NCBI GenBank assembly: GCA_951406725.2
Contig: OX597815.1
Location: 139,128,001 to 139,192,000, forward strand
DNA: 64,000 nucleotides
Direction: 5' to 3'
Source: Octopus vulgaris
Lineage: Eukaryota
The notes beneath the pieces are model-generated. The model ran no database searches. It saw nothing but the letters and a program-made list of their open reading frames with translations, and was not told where the DNA came from. The translations under genes were made by a program, and so were the position numbers. Positions 42,271 through 55,864 of the stretch are shown here, one piece after another. Numbering within the stretch: position 1 is the first letter of the stretch; the number at the start of each line of letters is the position of its first letter.

Positions 42271-42417
42271 GTTTGTGTTTGTATTATATGGAGATATTTC
42301 TCTACTTCCCCTCCCCAAGCTTTCAACTATATTTCAACAACTCTTAACCTTCACTTGCCCTAGGGCGCTGGGTGTGCCCCGGCAAGTGATTGCATCAAAC
42401 ATGCAGATTAAAAGTAA
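38697..42417 (+). mobile_element. near-complete R4/Dong-clade non-LTR retrotransposon (single ORF: RT, CCHC knuckle, restriction-like endonuclease)
   Basis: NYRPITCL, IDYRKAYDSV, QGDSLSPLLF, YMDD (40715-40726), CRFCDTFDETIDHLVSGC, RHNRV, RPDI..IEVSVP..KLSKYKDL. Flanked by (TAA)n, the known Dong/R4-type target. Confidence 0.95.
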
Positions 42418-44070
<1,653 letters not shown>

Positions 44071-45603
44071 CACATAACATTACGCCATTATGGAATTAAT
44101 TTTAGGGCTTATAAGTCTAATAATTTTCTATCCTTCCTTAATACCGGTTCCCATATGCTGTTCATATCTGCACTCGGTCTGATTAGGAGGTTGTTGTCTC
44201 CTAGCATACGTGCTGCTTCTTTTAGTTTTCGTATTTTCCAGTGGTCTTCTCTGTCTATCATTTTAACTTCATCGCACCGGGGATGTGGTCTCCATTTTTC
44301 CATACATGATCAGCTATATCCGATTTATCAATATCTCATCGTGTCACAGCTTTGCGATGTTCGTCTACCCTTATTTTGAGTGGGGGCATGTTTCGCCTTT
44401 GTATAACCTACCACAGCTGCATGGGATGGAGTACACGCAGTCTTTGGTCATATTCTCTTCTATTGGTGGTTTTACTGGAAGGAGATATTTGCGAAGTGTT
44501 GTATTACTCTTGAATACTGTCGTGATGTTATATGGGCCCCATGTCTTTTCTGTCTTTTCGGAGAGGCCTTTCGCATAGGGTAGACAGATTGTGGACAGTT
44601 TATTGGCCTCATTCTCTCTCTTATTCATAATTGGAGTGGATAGTATACTTTTGGGGTAGTTGTTGCTTAATAGATCGTTATTGAGCTTGATCATTTCATT
44701 GTGGTGTGTATCACGATCGCTACTTATATTCTTTGCACGATGTTTTAGGCACTGAGCAATCCCTCTCTTTACACTGTATGGATGGTGGGAATTGAAGTTG
44801 AGGTATCGTCCAGTAAAGGTCGGCTTGCGGTATACGGTTGTCCCGAATCCATACTTGGTGCGTGTTATCAATACGTCCAGGAATGCCAGCTGATTGTCTT
44901 TTTCCTTTTCCATTGTGAACTGTATGGATGATCTAATATTGAGATCATTGATCTCAATGTTAGATCATTGTGATCATTGATTTAACATTGATTTCAATGT
45001 TAGATCATTGAGTTCACATGATCTAACAGCACTTGGCTATCTTCCTAATGGGGCCAGATTATACAGGTGTCATCAACATATCGTAGCCCTTGTGCTGGTT
45101 TTAGTGGTGTTGATCCTAAAGCCAAATTCTCAAAGTAGTCCATTTATATATTGGCTATTACGGGTGATAATGGCGAACCCATAGCTAGCCCCTATTCTTG
45201 TCGATATATATCAGTGTCCATACTGAAGTAGGTAGTTTCTACACAGAAGGTCAACATTTCCATCAAGTTCCTGATTGGTATACTAGTACGTTCTTTTAGA
45301 TGCATGTCTGTCACTAGTTTTTCTTGTATCACCGATAGTGCTTCACCAGTTGGGTCTTTGGTGAACAGGATTATCACATCTAGACGCACCATCTGATTGG
45401 ATTCAATGGGAGTATCCTTGATCAATTCTGTGAATTGGGAAGAATTCTGTACGTACGATGTTGTCTTTCCTGTTAATTCACAAGGAAGCGGCTCACTTGT
45501 TGACATGCTGAACCTCTACAGCTCAATATATGTCTTAATGGAATACCATCCTTGCGAATCTTAGGGAGACCGTATATGTGTGGTAGTTTACCGTGGTGTT
45601 GAG
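44071..45603 (-). mobile_element. Penelope-like element (Penelope/Poseidon type), RT plus GIY-YIG pseudogene
   Basis: PHIYGLPKI, GLAMGSPLSPVIANI, YVDD (45069-45080), LAFLDVLITR..YRKPT..RYLNFNSHHP and CVYSIPCSCGRLYKGET; frameshifted. Confidence 0.92.
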
Positions 45604-45619
45604 TCAGTTGTCTGTACTT

Positions 45620-45929
45620 TACACCAATGAAGTACAGTTGTCTGTACTTTACACCAATGAAGCTCAACCACAACCGATAAAGGAACTTCATGGGGAAAAG
45701 GTTCCTCTCTCTATCTGGTCGGATTGCAAAGGAGTCATTCACTTTGAATTGTTACCACCTAATACAACAATCAATGCTCAAGTCCACTGTCAGCAAACAG
45801 AGCGTTTGAACCAAGCTTTGTAAATAGATAATCAGGGAAAGTACATTGATGATTAAATTTCAATTAAATATATTTCATCACTTGTTTTCTTTATTCAATA
45901 ATCGGACAGAATTTACCGGATGACTTGAT
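45620..45929 (+). mobile_element. internally deleted mariner fragment with a 3' TIR-like end
   Basis: LHGEKVPLSIWSDCKGVIHFELLPPNTTINAQVHCQQTERL; ends ...gacagaatttaccggatgacttgaTA. Confidence 0.75.
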
Positions 45930-45984
45930 ATTTTAAAAATATTCAAAACGTAGACAGTTGTTTTTTAATGTGTATATATATATT

Positions 45985-46302
45985 CTTTTATTCTTTTAAT
46001 TGTTTCAGGCATCTGACGGCGGCCACGCTGGAGCACCGCCTTTAATCGATCCCAGGACTTATTTTTGTAAGCCTAGTATCGGTCCCTGTTGCCGAACCGC
46101 GAAGTTATGGAGGCCTAAATGCACCAGCACCGCTTGTCAAGCGATAGTGGAGAACAAACACATACACACAAATATATACATACACACGTATGAGCATGAG
46201 GCTATAGTGGAAGACACTTGCCCAAGGTACCACTCAGAGGATGTTGAACCGGAATTATGTTGGTAAACAAGCTACTTACCACACAGCCACTCCTGAGCCT
46301 AT
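45985..46302 (-). mobile_element. SINE family B (internally deleted)
   Basis: Reverse complement of the head and tail of 17123-17545. Confidence 0.8.
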
Positions 46303-46433
46303 AACCGTTTGTTCGAAGGATTATTTACCTAATTTCAGTGGAATACATCCACTGGTTTTCAAAAATAGAAATATTAAAATTTCTATGTCTCTCTAAAGGA
46401 GACTACGGCAGCGGTACAGTTTTCGCCAAGCTA

Positions 46434-46470
<37 letters not shown>

Positions 46471-46692
46471 ATCAATATAGGGTGGCAAAAAAAATTTTGT
46501 AGAATTCTTTTGCCACCAGCGGCCTAGTGGGAAAAAATTAAATAGTCATAAACCATTTTTAAGTTCAACATCACAATCAAGGAACGGCCATAATAGGCCA
46601 TTCACCTACTAGAAATAACAGCCAAAAGCTTTAACCGCAAAATAACATCAATTCCGTAAACCAGGAGAAAATTAAAAAACATTTACCCTGTA

Positions 46693-46799
46693 ATTTCTTA
46701 GACGATGCACCGTTTCATCTACTGTTTAATGGTAAACTAACCTGATTAAATTAAATCAAGCCAATCTACCATAGGCCCTTAGATTCATCAGTAAGAAAT
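46693..46799 (-). ncRNA. type I hammerhead ribozyme, copy 1
   Basis: Reverse complement of the motif at 47428-47534; predicted cut between 46701 and 46700. Confidence 0.85.
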
Positions 46800-47184
46800 A
46801 GCCAAGTCGGAACAGATATTTTTCACGAGGCATTCCCGTTGCTACCTCGGCAATATCTGACCTAAAATTTTCAAATCGTCGCACTCGCGCCAAATTTATC
46901 GGCAGCAAATAAATATAAGCCGCCGATTCCATTACGGAATTAACCAGAAAATTCATAATTAATCAATATAGGGTGGCAAAAAAAATTTTGTAGAATTCTT
47001 TTGCCACCAGCGGCCTAGTGGGAAAAAATTAAATAGTCATAAACCATTTTTAAGTTCAACATCACAATCAAGGAACGGCCATAATAGGCCATTCACCCAC
47101 TAGAAATAACAGCCAAAAGCTTTAACCGCAAAATAACATCAATTCCGTAAACCAGGAGAAAATTAAAAAAACATTTACCCTGTA

Positions 47185-47291
47185 ATTTCTTAGACGATGC
47201 ACCGTTTCATCTACTGTTTAATGGTAAACTAACCTGATTAAATTAAATCAAGCCAATCTACCATAGGCCCTTAGATTCATCAGTAAGAAAT
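47185..47291 (-). ncRNA. type I hammerhead ribozyme, copy 2
   Basis: Same motif, 492 nt from copy 1. Confidence 0.85.
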
Positions 47292-47427
47292 AGCCAAGTC
47301 GGAACAGATATTTTTTATTTGCTGCCGATAAATTTGGCGCGAGTGCGACGATTTGAAAATTTTAGGTCAGATATTGCCGAGGTAGCAACGGGAATGCCTC
47401 GTGAAAAATATCTGTTCCGATTTGGCT

Positions 47428-47534
47428 ATTTCTTACTGATGAATCTAAGGGCCTATGGTAGATTGGCTTGATTTAATTTAATCAGGTTAGTTTACCATTA
47501 AACAGTAGATGAAACGGTGCATCGTCTAAGAAAT
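47428..47534 (+). ncRNA. type I hammerhead ribozyme, copy 3
   Basis: Stem I AUUUCUUA/UAAGAAAU; core CUGAUGA (47436-47442); stem II AUCUA/UAGAU; GAAA (47511-47514); stem III ACGGU-gc-AUCGU; GUC triplet (47524-47526). Confidence 0.88.
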
Positions 47535-47652
47535 TACAGGGTAAATGTTTTTTAATTTTCTCCTGGTTTACGGAATTGATGTTATTTTGCGGTTAAAGCT
47601 TTTGGCTGTTATTTCTAGTGGGTGAATGGCCTATTATGGCCGTTCCTTGATT

Positions 47653-47711
<59 letters not shown>

Positions 47712-47956
47712 ATATATGTATATGTATATATATATATAGCAATTAAGGACAACTACTTAATAAGGAAAACTTTGGTAGAAATGACTAATTGTCCCTCTTA
47801 GCGTGTGGCATGTATGTATAATGCCCTCTGGCATGTATGTATAATGCCCTCTATATATAAATTATATATATATACACACATATATATGTATGTGTGTGTG
47901 TATGTATGTATGTATGTATGTTTGCATGTATGTTTGTATGTGTGTGTGGGTTTATG

Positions 47957-48107
47957 TGCAGGTGTGGCTGACTGGTAAGGCACTTGCTTCTCAACCACAT
48001 AGTTCCGGGTTCAGCCCCACTGCGTAGCACGTTGAGTAAGTGTCTTCAACTATAACTTTAAAGCCTTGTGAGTGGATTTGGTAGACGGAAACTGAAAGAC
48101 GTTGATC

Positions 48108-48144
<37 letters not shown>

Positions 48145-48150
48145 TTTTAA

Positions 48151-48215
<65 letters not shown>

Positions 48216-48437
48216 TATGTGTGTATGTATATATTTGTGTGTATATGTGTGTCAGTCCTCCCCATCTTGTCTTGAGAACCGATGTTAGTGTGTTCACCTC
48301 CCGTAACTTAGTGGTTTGGCAAAAGACACCAATAGAACAATTACTAAGCTTACAAAGAATAAGTACTGGGGTCAATTTTGTCGACTAATGGCAGTGCTCC
48401 AGCATGGCCGCAGTCAAATGACTGAAACAAAAGAATA
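47957..48437 (+). mobile_element. SINE family B
   Basis: Same structure as 17123-17545. Confidence 0.85.
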
Positions 48438-48448
48438 GAATAATATAT

Positions 48449-48518
<70 letters not shown>

Positions 48519-48549
48519 ATACTTACCTAGATCTTCAGTAATGAATTTC

Positions 48550-49497
48550 AAACTTAATATAGTACATTATTTACATTGTTTACCTTTTAACATTTGACGG
48601 ATATTTGTCCTCATCTTGTTTGTTGTTAGCACAACGTTTCGGCTGATATGCCCTCCAGCCTTCATCAGGTGTCTTGGGGAAATTTAGAACCTGGGTTCTC
48701 ATTCTTAAGGCATTTTCGATGTTGTTATTATCATTATTGGGTGAGAGAACAGTTCATGCCATCAAAGTGACACTGGGGTAAAATATACGGAGCCCAATAT
48801 ACCCATCATGACTACCCGTCTGATAAGGGTACACCAGGCACATGCATCACAACCATATGTGTGCGACATGGTGATCTCATATCAAGATAAACAGCACATG
48901 ACCTTGCAGGTGGGGGCCAGTTAGAATTTTCTTCAGGTTGAGTAGCCCATCCCGCTCAAAAGGTCCCTGAATAAGGGTCGTTTAAGGATGTTGAAAGAAC
49001 CACCCATGTTTCCAGATTTGAATTATTCAAACCCCAAAGAATCCCTCTCAACACATGGCTATGATGCTCCCCCACTACTTCTGCTCCTGATCAGAGATGC
49101 ACATATCGTCAGCCACTAAGGGACATGCTCAACTGGTTAAGGTCAAACAACTGACAAGCAAATCTGTGGTATTGAGCAGAATATTTGCTGTAGCCCATCT
49201 TTTATACCAAGACAAAAACAATGTACATGATAACACTTCCAATCAGTTGAGATCAGAAGCCATGAGAGCCACTGCCTGGTACTGCATCAGAGCATTCAAA
49301 CAACTGACAAGCAAATCTGTGGTATTGAGCTATTATTATTATTATTATTATTATTATCATCATTATTATTATATTATTATTATTGTTATTATTATTACTA
49401 TTATTATTATTATTATTATTCAGGTCACTGCCTGGAATCGAACTCGGAATCTTAGGGTTAGTAGCCGGCGCACTTAACCACTACGTCATATACCCAC
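48550..49497 (-). mobile_element. family C SINE (tRNA head, (AAT)n, hammerhead-bearing tail) with the ~500-bp repeat nested in its (AAT)n
   Basis: Head at 49421-49497 with A box TGACGTAGTGG and B box GTTCGATTCC; insert 48739-49330; tail 48550-48720. Confidence 0.75.
48628..48673 (-). ncRNA. minimal type I hammerhead ribozyme
   Basis: Minus strand GACAC-CUGAUGA-A-GGCUG-gagggcauau-CAGCC-GAAAC-GUU-GUGCU. Palindromic AACGUU stem III; short stem I with one mismatch. Confidence 0.7.
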
Positions 49498-51695
49498 AAA
49501 AATCTCTATTGTATGTGAATACCTACTAATCCACATCAGTCTCAATTGTATGTGAATACCTACAAATGATATAAGCATGCAACTTATACTTACACTATCT
49601 TTCCAAAACAAAAAGAAAACAAACAAAAAAAGAAGAAAATTAAAATCTTATTTTACTGTGTATCAATCTGTTATCTGCATAACTTTTGGAATATTCTGAA
49701 ACATAAACAATGAAATTACATACAATGCTTTTCTTACAAACAATTAAATTAGAATGAGAAATTTAGCGAATTCAAAAGATAATAGTAAATATTTTTTCTC
49801 GTTTGTTTTCTCAATTAGTGGGGAAATCTCTCGCAATTTAATAAATATCCTCGTGTTAGATCGTGATACATTTTCCTTCCGTTTTTGCAGCAGAGTTTGC
49901 ATTACTATTTTTAACGTCGAACCAAACATCTCTCCCTAGAGTATAGTTGATCGGAATATCTGCTTAATTTATTATAGCTTGGATTTAAATACAAATTAGG
50001 AAAGTTCTTCAGTAAATGTCTCTAATAAAATTTCACACTGATTAACTTCCTCTAATTAACTTTACATAGCAATATAGTTTTAAGATAGAAAACTGTTTTC
50101 ACAAGCATATTTAGACAAAAGTAAAACACAGAAATTTTTGAACATGTATACACAGATACTGGAATATGTGATCATTAAATGTTTATGGAATTTGTGTATA
50201 TAGGTTTCAGCATTCAGTTTTAATATGCCACGATCTAAAGTCAATATTTCCTGGGGACCCAAGATACATAAAATATTTTGGTTGTCACGTCTCTCACACC
50301 GACGTTACTAGTGACGAAACAGCTACTTGTACGATTCTATGCTATCTGCACCTGCTAGTGATCTCACTGCTACATTTCGATACTTTTCAACCAAACAATT
50401 ACCAATCATCGGGGTATCTATCCCCACTACACTCTTCATATGTTTCTGCTCAGCATAATCAAGACAATTCACTCCACATATTGAACACAATTTTCGCTTG
50501 AACTCTCAATCAGCTAACTAATTGTAACTCCACCAATTCTATTATAATTATTACATTTGGCAATGAATGTATATTATCTCTAATTAGTCTTATACAGGTC
50601 TTACTTCAAATCGCACAGATAGCTAAAAGCCCTAACTGCACTGTAACTTAAAGTTGGGGGATATTATATACCACTATAACACAAGAAATCTACCATCAGA
50701 AAACCCGCTTATGTGTTCTTGCTATGAGAAATTAAAAGTATGTTTAAGAAAAGTCTCTTATCTGTCACTTCTCTATGATCATTACTCTCTAAAGTAGAAC
50801 TCTTTCTGATATGGCCATATGCCTTTCCCCATTTTGTACACACGTTACAAAATTTTTTATCGCACACACACTTTCTCAGCTCCGCAAGCCTAAACATTAC
50901 GTCAACTGCCTTCTTGAAAATCAGACTGACTATTCACGAATGGATCACTTGTGAATCATAGACTTGGTCTATCGCAGCTGAATTGAAGCTAAACAGCAGT
51001 AAGAATAATAAAACTTGTAATCACACATCATGCACAGGCAAATGAAACTCACACCAAACTTCATATATGCTACTCCTATATGTATTTGATTTCCTAATTT
51101 TCCGCACACAGTTCCCAATCGCAACGCATTACAAAGTTAGTCATGCTTTGTATTTTAATTTACACTAAAAAGTCAATATCATCATTTTCTATCCGCTTAC
51201 TATACTTGTACTTATTACATTAGTCAGTCCTCAACGTCATTACAAATACTAGATCTCATAATTACTGATGAACTGCTTCAGTGATGAACAAGACATAAGC
51301 TTGTAGATGATCAATTAAGTACTCACTTAATGACAATCTAAAATGCCTTCAAGATATACGTACTTATCTCTTTTCCATTTATGGTACGACGGTTTGTGTG
51401 TCTTTGAAAAAGCAAGCAGCAACAAATACTGCTGATTTCATTTCATTCGCTTGCTTCTAATCTCCTCGTCAATAACTCTGCTTTAATCGGAGAAACTACG
51501 TTAAAAATGCTGCTTAATCATTTTAGGTCTGGTAACAATTTCATTGCAGATGGGGGCGTACATAGAGCAAATTTACCTTCAATTTGCTCTATGTACGTCC
51601 CGCAAGATTTACAAAACTGCGTACATAACTACATACGCACATACTTGCATACCTAAAACATATCAGAATATAACTGAATATATGCATATTTATTC

Positions 51696-51756
<61 letters not shown>

Positions 51757-51884
51757 TATAGATATATGTATGTATGTATATATATATATATGAGTGTGTA
51801 TGCATGGCTGTATATTAGTATATGTAATATACATGCATGCAAGTATGTATGTATGTATACGTTTATACTCTCAGGAATAGAGTG

Positions 51885-52112
51885 CTTTAGCATGATGGAA
51901 AATACGCTTACCGGTATTTCGCCTGCCGCTATGTTCTGAGTTCAAATTCCGCCGAGGTCGACTTTGCCACTCATCATTTCGGGGACGATAAATTAAGTAC
52001 CAGTGAAACACTGGGGTCGATGTAATCGGCTTAATCCGTTTGTCTGTCCTTGTTTGTCCTCTCTGTGTTTAGCTCCTTGTGGGTAGTAAAGAAATAAGTA
52101 TTTCGACTGACT
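51885..52112 (+). mobile_element. SINE family A (partial)
   Basis: Same unit and linker as 32450-32840. Confidence 0.8.
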
Positions 52113-53296
52113 TTATGACATCAGTGTTTATCTTTCTCCGTCTCAGAGAAAAAGAGCATGATGACATTACGATATACGTGTTTGAATGTATATGTGTGTG
52201 AAGAAAGAAACAAAGGAAATGCACTTCATACCTTTACTGTTAACAATACGAATATTACCTACCGTTGTTTGTCTAATAACATAAAAAATGTCACGCTGCA
52301 ATGTGTATAATTTTAGTTCAGTAATTAATTTTTAGTGAAACAGAAGTCATGTTATATTCGATAATTTAGTGCTTAACAGGTTCGATTGCAATCAGCTGTG
52401 ATAAGGCCTAGCTATTCAAATATAATAGAACATTCTGGAAGAAAATTCTCTTAGGCTTGTCTCTTGGACATTTTGGCGTGAATGTGGGGCTGTGAGTGAA
52501 GTCGTTAAAACATAGGACACATATTTCTGTGTTCTACTTAGTCAGTTACGAAAACTAACTCATTAGCTCACGGTTTGCTGAATATAGGATTATGGTTATG
52601 AAAACAGCTGATAAAGGGTTTACTGGTGTAAATAAACCTGATTTTTCATTAACATATTTTATTCATTTTTTTTTTCCTTTGACATTAATTCTAGTTAACC
52701 AGGTAATTAAAAATGAAAAAAGATTAAAAAGTAAATCTGTAGAAAATTTGAATAGTAAAAACTTAGGTAATTAAATACTGAAAATCATTCTTAAAGTTTA
52801 AAAATATATAAAATCAAAATTAACTTTAAAAGTAAAGAGAAAATGTAAATATCAATATCAGTACATATACATATAGATGAAAATCGATAAAAGTAAAAGG
52901 AAATATTTAAAAATTTAAAACCAAAATATCGAAGATTAAAAAATTGAAAATAATTTTCAAAATTCTATTTAAAGTTAACGATATATGTAAACAAAAATAA
53001 ATATGAAACGTAATCTATATAAATTATAAGTAAAATTGAAAAAATTAATTTATAATTTCTTCAATTTTTTTATAACTTGTAATCTTTATCCTTTGGAGGT
53101 TTTACCTTTTAAATTCTAATTTGATTTTTTTAATTTCCAATTTTTTAAATATGTATTTTTGTATTAGTCTTACATATCTGTCTATCTATCTACCTTCCTA
53201 CATATCTATCTATCTATCAATCTATCTGTCTGTCTGTCTGTCTGTCTGTCTATTTATCTGTATCTATCTTTATATATATACACACATACACGAACA

Positions 53297-53353
<57 letters not shown>

Positions 53354-53804
53354 CATAGATATGGAAGGAAATAACCAGAATACTTGTATAATCGGTGAAT
53401 TAAAAGGCCGGAAGTAGTTAACAGCATGTTCAAAGCCACTTGGAGTGGGTTTAAGTAGAGTTAAGTTGGTATTAAGTAATCCATGAAAACACTTAAAAGT
53501 ACACAAAGTTACAAAACGTAAGTAAGTCGTACCGGAAGATGGTACGAGAGTTGCAGATGATTTGGTGAAGGAAACATGGGAGACAGAATGATTGAAGTAA
53601 GTGATTAAGAAGTCATTATAAAGTCAGAAAATTGTAAAATATTCGTGAAAAGAGTTGTTGTAAAGCCATTATAGAGTCCTGAGCTGGCGGATTAGATACA
53701 AATGTAGATAGTAGGCATGCAGAATCGTTGATATAGTGTAGGATATCTGATTCGGGAATCTAACGATAACAGAATCTATCGACACACAGACAGGCAGACA
53801 GAGA

Positions 53805-53889
53805 GATTGATAGATAGAAAAATAGATAGTTATGTGGGTAGGTAGATGGATAGATAGATAGACAGACAGACAGACAGATAGATAAATAG

Positions 53890-53977
<88 letters not shown>

Positions 53978-53982
53978 GTAGG

Positions 53983-54049
<67 letters not shown>
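53805..54049. repeat. (GATA)n microsatellite
   Basis: Directly visible. Confidence 0.95.
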
Positions 54050-54646
54050 TGGGTTTAATTCAGTTTAAACCCAGTTTAATAGTAGTTTAAAAGTTAGGAT
54101 TAAGGAGAGAGTTCGTGGAGTGAACATTATCCATAAAAATTGAGGTTAGAAGCCACTGTAGTGTACCAGGAGTGATCTATTCTGAAGTGTCCCTCAATCC
54201 ACACATTCTAAAAATCGTTTGTATTTTGTGTTCCTGGGGTAAGATGGGCCGTGCACTAGAGGAAGGGTAATGATGAAGAGACAATAATGAAGCGAGAGTG
54301 AGACGGAGTAGGATTTGCATTAATAGGTAATATTAAAGACAAGAGTAACAGTATGAGAGAGAAAAGTAGTAAGAAATAACTAGGAAGAAAAATGGAATAG
54401 TGAGAGATCGTTGTAGTTCTTGTGATTAGTGGATGGAGACAGTATATTTCATTCACATGTGTACGGTCTATATGTTTTAACCTTCAAGTCCCTAGATGTG
54501 TCTCATGTTGAAATAGCTTTTATAAAGCTTTTGATTTTCGGTTAAGGCGTGATACCTTGTAAAATGACATATGGGTTGCTTCTTCAGTGCACGCACGAGT
54601 TATAGTGTTTCCTGTCCTCATATATGAAAACGATCTTGAAAGAACT

Positions 54647-54695
54647 TTCTTCTTCTTCTTCTTCTTCTTCTTCTTCTTCTTCTTCTTCTTCTTCT

Positions 54696-54757
<62 letters not shown>

Positions 54758-54761
54758 TTCT

Positions 54762-54796
<35 letters not shown>
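54647..54796. repeat. (TTC)n microsatellite
   Basis: Directly visible. Confidence 0.95.
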
Positions 54797-54797
<1 letters not shown>

Positions 54798-55776
54798 CAT
54801 TTATTGAACAGCTACATCAAGTTATCTACTTGTTACATGGCGTGGCGCGTATCGAACCATGCACTATTGCAAACGATCACAAAAATCTAATGAGAATTGA
54901 TCCAATTCTCTCGTGGGTTCTGCTCGCGCTTGAGTCTGATAAATCAAACTAGCAATGTCACACTAACCTGTGTCGTCACGGTGGCTGGTGACGGTGTTAA
55001 ATAACGCTTTCCGTCCCCAAAAGCAGCAAACCTCAGCATCCATGTGAAATAATGACGAATACATAAATGAATAAGATATTTCATCAAGGATGATTTATGT
55101 GCAATATAGAAACATTAAGGATTATTTTCAAGTAGGCATTGAACTGCAATTAGTTATGGATTAATCTTAGCTCTATGAACTGTGCCTCAAAGGACATAAA
55201 CATGCTACATCATAAAATATTTTTATGTGTTAAGTGAATTATTTCTCCTTATTATATGATTTCTGTACAAGTAAGAATGATAATTGGTTTTTTCCCTCCT
55301 CTCAGTGTTAAGTGAAGCATTTTGTTTTTTGGGAAATGAGTCATGTAAGATATATCATAAATCATATTCTTTATTGCATTGTAAAGTATTTATATAACTA
55401 CCAGTTCTTAGGAGACTTTATATTTTGCTTTCAAGAAACGAATTGAAGAAGTAAGATTTGTATATTCATGATCTTCGTTTCATATCCACGTTATTAGAAA
55501 CGGTCACAAGTGAGGTTGAAGCTATCAATTTTTAATTTGAACTTGTTTCAGCAAGTGTTTCACAGACATCTATGTAAATGTAAAGAATTCTCTCAATGAT
55601 ACGGAATTCAGTGAGGATAGCGTTGTGATGGGAGTATCAGTGAAGGTAGTTAGAGTTGTAGCATTAGCAGAAACGCTAAATTATATCATTTATGGTTCAG
55701 ATATATTCATTGTAGTCCCTCTTCATAATAAGTTCTTATCCTAGCTTTTATTTCTATGTCAAATGTCAAACACCAG

Positions 55777-55864
<88 letters not shown>

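Larger units (their letters stand above)
46471..47657. mobile_element. hammerhead-containing ~491-bp repeat array (retrozyme or Penelope pLTR-like): 1.7 tandem units plus one inverted partial unit
   Basis: Unit 1 is 46471-46961 and unit 2 is 46962-47315; 47314-47657 is the reverse complement of 46569-46913. Copies are nearly identical, with (TA)n on both sides. Confidence 0.88.

Noticed and set aside
45605-45662. 30-bp direct duplication at the Penelope/mariner boundary as a TSD
   Set aside because: The copies are adjacent rather than flanking an element, so this is a simple tandem duplication.
51265-51290. CTGATGA-actg-ctt-cagt motif
   Set aside because: No GAAA directly after the stem and no stem I or III.
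53370-54480. Possible decayed retroelement flanking the (GATA)n
   Set aside because: Strand-biased composition, but I could not read any diagnostic motif.
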